From: Planctomycetota bacterium
GTDB taxonomy: Bacteria; Planctomycetota; PLA2; JAEUHO01
DNA length: 10,867 nucleotides
Direction of reading: 5' to 3'
Assembly: GCA_050248855.1 (NCBI GenBank)
Contig: JBFWRP010000054.1
Span: 1-10,867 of the forward strand
Under the pieces are notes generated by a model. That model had not been told where the DNA came from and ran no database searches. It saw only the letters and a list, made by a program, of their open reading frames with translations. Within the stretch, counting starts at the first letter, position 1. Every line of letters starts with the position of its first letter. Shown piece by piece: positions 7,414 to 10,867 of the stretch. Both the position numbers and the translations under genes were made by a program.

Positions 7414-8244
7414 GCGACCCCGGATGTGTCAGGACCCTTGCCGCGGCGCCGCGCAGCGGCAACGTGGGCAAGGTGCCTGACACGCAGGGGTCGCGATCGC
7501 CGGCCGGCGGACGTCGCACTTCGGTGTCTGACACCGTGCCCCCGTCGCTATCGCTCCGAAGCACGGGTTCAGACACCTCCGCGCGCCTCGCGCGACCCCG
7601 GATGTGTCAGGACCCTTGCCGCGGCGCCGCGAAGCGGCAACGTGGGCAAGGTGCCTGACACGCAGGGGTCGCGGTTCGCCGGTCGGCGGACGTCGCACTT
7701 CGGTGTCTGACACCGTGCCCCCGTCGCTATCGCTCCGAGGCACGGGTTCAGACACCTCCGCGCGCCTCGCGCGACCCCGGATGTGTCAGGACCCTTGCCG
7801 CGGCGCCGCGCAGCGGCAACGTGGGCAAGGTGCCTGACACGCAGGGGTCGCGATCGCCGGCCGGCGCACGTCGCACTTCGGTGTCTGACACCGCGCCACC
7901 GTCGCTTCGCTCCGAGGCACGGGTTCAGACACCTCCGCGCGGCTCGCGCGACCCCGGATGTGTCAGGACCCTTGCCGCGGCGCCGCGCAGCGGCAACGTG
8001 GGCAAGGTGCCTGACACGCAGGGGTCGTGGTTCGCCGGTCGACGAACGCCGCACTTCGGTGTCTGACACCGTGCCCCCGTCGCTATCGCTCCGAGGCACG
8101 GGTTCAGACACCTCCGCGCGCCTCGCGCGACCCCGGATGTGTCAGGACCCTTGCCGCGGCGCCGCGTAGCGGCAACGTGGGCAAGGTGCCTGACACGCAG
8201 GGGACGCGGTTCGCCGGTCGACGAACGCCGCACTTCGGTGTCTG
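7414..8244. repeat. Tandem array of 177-179 bp palindromic units (4 complete plus 1 partial), REP/REPIN/BIME-like
   Basis: Units begin GCGACCCCGGATGTGTCAGG at 7414, 7592, 7771, 7948 and 8127 (periods 178, 179, 177, 179). They are near-identical and each complete unit holds two long imperfect hairpins. Confidence 0.95.
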
Positions 8245-8344
8245 GACGTTCCACGCTCGTTCCGCGCTCCCGCGCGGATTCGGCGCTCGGGCTACGCCCT
8301 CGCGGCAGGGGGGCTATTCCGTACCCCCCCTGCACCCCTCACGG
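8190..8344. repeat. Left arm of ~155 bp imperfect inverted repeat (partner 10608-10761)
   Basis: Hand alignment to the reverse complement of 10608-10761 gives about 18 mismatches and 1 gap. Confidence 0.93.
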
Positions 8345-8360
8345 TCCCTCCTGCACCTCT

Positions 8361-8398
8361 CACGGGGTTCAGACACCTCCGCGCGCCTCGCGACCCGG
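8361..8398. repeat. Terminal fragment of the array unit, overlapping the 3' end of the MBL gene
   Basis: CACGGGGTTCAGACACCTCCGCGCGCCTCGCGACCCGG matches the unit end and junction. Confidence 0.85.
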
Positions 8399-9280
8399 GA
8401 GTGGGGACGGACTCGCGGTTGGCGCCCACCACGCAAGCGGCTCCAGCAACACGGGCGTCGCACCGTGCGCGCGTACCGCGTCGAGGAAGCCGCCGAGACG
8501 GCAGAACGGGAGCAGGCGCGCGCGGCGCTCGACGGGACCGAAGAACGAGTCCCAATGGCAAGGCACCACGTAACGCGGGCGCAGTCGCTCGATCAGACCC
8601 TCCACGTACCGCGGTCGCCATGTCCAGCCGATCGCACAGGCACATAGCACGTCGGCCCGCAGCCCCTCCAGGGCCTCGTCCACGTAGTCGGACGAGTCCA
8701 CGTGCAGCACCGAAGCGCCAGGCCCCTCCAGGTGCCAGGACAACACCTCGCCGTGGCGGAAGCGACGCAAGCGCGCGGGCCAACGCGGCGGCGTGGAGAT
8801 CGAGCCCGGTAGCGGCACGCGCCCATAGACGCGGCCGTGGCGGGAGCGCAACGCGCGCACGGTGACCGGGCCGCAGGCGATCGTGTCGCCCGCGGTCACC
8901 ACGTGCATCTGCGCCGCGGGCAGGCCGGCTGCCTGCGCCACCTGCGCGACATCGCGGCTGCCGACCAGCCGAGCGCCCGTGAGGCGACACAGGTCGGGCG
9001 CATCCAGGACGTGGTCGTGGTGCGCATGGCCCACGAGCACGTCGTCGGCCTCCGGCACGTGCCGCCGGATCGCATCGACGTCGGGACGCAGGCGCGTGAA
9101 CAGGGTCCGCAAGACCCCGGGGCGCGAGACGAACGGGTCGAGGACCAAGGTGCGCCCCGCCCAGCAGACGGTGAACCCGGCCGTGCCCAGGAAGCGGAGC
9201 GCCAGCGACGGCGCGCGGGCCTCGAGCTCGGCCGGTTCCAGGGTCGGCGTGAACCAGCGGGCGTCGGGACGCGCGAGCAT
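8369..9280 (-). CDS. MBL-fold metallo-hydrolase (UlaG-like), ~303 aa
   Basis: Motifs LRFLGTAGF, LVLDPFVSRP, HxHxDH (VGHAHHDHVLD), SRHG, HVDS and VVPCHWDSFF. Start ATG 9280 is inferred, with no clear RBS. Confidence 0.88.
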   Translation of the reverse strand: MLARPDARWFTPTLEPAELEARAPSLALRFLGTAGFTVCWAGRTLVLDPFVSRPGVLRTLFTRLRPDVDAIRRHVPEADDVLVGHAHHDHVLDAPDLCRLTGARLVGSRDVAQVAQAAGLPAAQMHVVTAGDTIACGPVTVRALRSRHGRVYGRVPLPGSISTPPRWPARLRRFRHGEVLSWHLEGPGASVLHVDSSDYVDEALEGLRADVLCACAIGWTWRPRYVEGLIERLRPRYVVPCHWDSFFGPVERRARLLPFCRLGGFLDAVRAHGATPVLLEPLAWWAPTASPSPLPGREARGGV

Positions 9281-9300
9281 GTCGGGAGTATGCGTCCGCC

Positions 9301-9338
9301 GTTGCGTGAACGTTGCACGATCCGTGCAGGAAGGTTGC
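9301..9338. promoter_or_regulatory. Four 11-bp-phased direct repeats, putative transcription-factor binding array
   Basis: GTTGC (9301), GTTGC (9312), CGTGC (9323), GTTGC (9334), with an embedded palindrome TGCACG-ATC-CGTGCA (9314-9328). Lies between divergent genes. Confidence 0.5.
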
Positions 9339-9387
9339 CGGCCGCCCCCCTCGCCTCCTCGTTTGCTCGTGCACGGAGGCACCGGTC

Positions 9388-10089
9388 ATGGCCATGGCAT
9401 CCCTCGCGGGCAGCGCGCGCACCTCGCTTCGCCTTGCGTCCGGCCGGGACGCGCGGGCGATCCTCCGGGGCCTTTCCTTCGCCGGCGTCGGCGGCCTCAC
9501 GGCCCTGCTGCTCTCCAACGTGTTGCCGTACTTCGGACCGGGCGCCGACGAGATGCCGTTCCTCCTCGAGAAGGGGGCCTTGGGCGTCGACCCGGTGTGG
9601 CGGACGGTGTTCGACCTCCACGTGGCAGGCGGCGCCCTCTGCCTCGTCGTCGCGCTTCCGCTGTTCTCCCGCCGGCTGCTGCGCCGACACCCCGGGTGGC
9701 ATCGGGCGTTGGGCTGGAGCTACGTGACGTCGGTCCTCGTGCTCGTGGCCCCGACCGGACTCTGGCTGGCGCCCACGGCCAAGGGCGGCTTCGCGGGCCA
9801 GAGCGGGTTCGCCGTGACGGGCCTGTACCTGTTCGCCACGACGGCACTCGGCGTGCGCGAGGTGCTTCGGCGCGACTTCGCCGCGCATCGCGCCTGGATG
9901 GTGCGCAGCTACGCCTTGGCCGCTTCGGCCTTGTCCTTCCGCGTCCTCTACGTGGCCCTCGAGATCGCCCGCGTTCCCCACGCGTACGTGATCGGCGTCT
10001 GGGCCTCGTTCGGCCTCGATCTCGTCGTGGCCGAGCTGTTCATCGGTCGGGCGGTACGCCGCCCCCAGCCTCGAAGGAGTCCCTCATGA
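9388..10089 (+). CDS. DUF2306-like membrane protein, 233 aa
   Basis: ATG 9388 with GGAGG RBS at 9375-9379. About 6-7 hydrophobic segments with motifs LHVAGG, WHRALGWSY, APTGLWLA and HRAWMVRSYALA. Confidence 0.82.
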   Translation: MAMASLAGSARTSLRLASGRDARAILRGLSFAGVGGLTALLLSNVLPYFGPGADEMPFLLEKGALGVDPVWRTVFDLHVAGGALCLVVALPLFSRRLLRRHPGWHRALGWSYVTSVLVLVAPTGLWLAPTAKGGFAGQSGFAVTGLYLFATTALGVREVLRRDFAAHRAWMVRSYALAASALSFRVLYVALEIARVPHAYVIGVWASFGLDLVVAELFIGRAVRRPQPRRSPS

Positions 10090-10580
10090 GCGCATTGCTT
10101 TCCTGGATCGCCGGAGGCGTGGCCTCCGCCGTCGTCACCGCCCACTTGGTGATGCCACCTCCCTCACGGCCCACGCGTCCCGACGCGACGCTGGACGACG
10201 TCCGCATTCGCCAGCAGGTCCTCGAGCCGCTGCGCGAACGGGCGCTGGAGCGGCGCATGTTCAGCCGCGCGATGCCGCGGTGGGACGAGGACAGCTTCCA
10301 GTACCGTCCCCTCGCGCCGACGCCGGCGACGGCCCCGGTGCTCGCCTTCGTCGTGGAGCAGGCGGCGCGCTTCGGACGCGAAGGTGCGACGCGCGTCGTG
10401 TGGCATGGGCGCCTGGACCGCAGGACAGGTCTCGTGTCCCTGGCCACCCCTGATGACGCGCCCGACGCGTCGCACCGCGTCTGGCGACCCGCCTCCGACG
10501 TGCTCCCGCGACCCGACCTGCCACATGGCGGACCACTCCGCCTGCCGGAGGCTGTCACGTCCGATCCGCAGCTGCGCTGA
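10086..10580 (+). CDS. Hypothetical protein with hydrophobic N-terminus, 164 aa
   Basis: ATGA start/stop overlap with the upstream gene at 10086-10089 and GAAGGAG RBS at 10073-10079. Reads MSALLSWIAGGVASAVVTAHLV...QVLEPL...FSRAMP...WRPASDVL. Confidence 0.75.
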   Translation: MSALLSWIAGGVASAVVTAHLVMPPPSRPTRPDATLDDVRIRQQVLEPLRERALERRMFSRAMPRWDEDSFQYRPLAPTPATAPVLAFVVEQAARFGREGATRVVWHGRLDRRTGLVSLATPDDAPDASHRVWRPASDVLPRPDLPHGGPLRLPEAVTSDPQLR

Positions 10581-10607
10581 CGGGAGCCCGATCGGGTCGC
10601 CAGGGCC

Positions 10608-10761
10608 CCGTGAGGGGTGCAGGGGGGTGCGGATTTGCCCCCCTGCTGCGCAGGCGAAGCCGGAGCACCGAGTCCGCGCGTGAGCGCGGAACGAGCGTGG
10701 AGCGACCAGACACCGAAGTGCGACGTTCGCCGGCCGTCGAACCGCGACCCCTGCGTGTCAG
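10608..10761. repeat. Right arm of ~155 bp imperfect inverted repeat (partner 8190-8344)
   Basis: The reverse complement matches 8190-8344. It combines the GGGGTGCAGGGGGG...CCCCCCTGC module with part of the array unit. Confidence 0.93.
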
Positions 10762-10867
10762 TTCGTCATGGCTGCGGCACCCCCTCCAATGAAACGGGGG
10801 TCGGCTCGACTATCCTGCCCGCGTCGGACGGCGCAGAGGTCGGCAGTTCCTTGGTGCGAACAGCCCG

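Noticed and set aside
7414..8244. CRISPR array
   Set aside because: Units are ~178 bp and near-identical throughout, with no unique spacers and no cas genes.
7183..8335. Short ORFs within the repeat array
   Set aside because: Unit lengths of 178, 179 and 177 shift frame, the ORFs occur on both strands in several frames, and variation tracks hairpin loops rather than codon positions.
10762..10867. Possible promoter (TATCCT) and gene start near the window end
   Set aside because: Too little sequence to support a call.

Overview
High-GC bacterial window. It starts with the 3' end of a probable IS110-family transposase and a very short right end. This element appears to have inserted into the stop codon of a minus-strand lipoprotein alpha/beta-hydrolase that the ORF track misses, because it now has no stop in the window. 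Next come a divergent two-gene operon (DmsB/NrfC-like Fe-S subunit plus a TAT-exported DMSO-reductase-family molybdo/tungsto-bisPGD subunit, with no adjacent membrane anchor), a convergent KDPG aldolase (eda), an MtfA-like M90 zinc peptidase and a secreted DUF2891-like protein. A ~1 kb intergenic array of 177-179 bp palindromic REP/REPIN-like units follows. The window ends with a three-gene block (MBL-fold hydrolase divergent from a DUF2306-like membrane protein and a hypothetical protein) bracketed by a ~155 bp imperfect inverted repeat from the same repeat family. Family calls come from motif recognition only; no searches were run.
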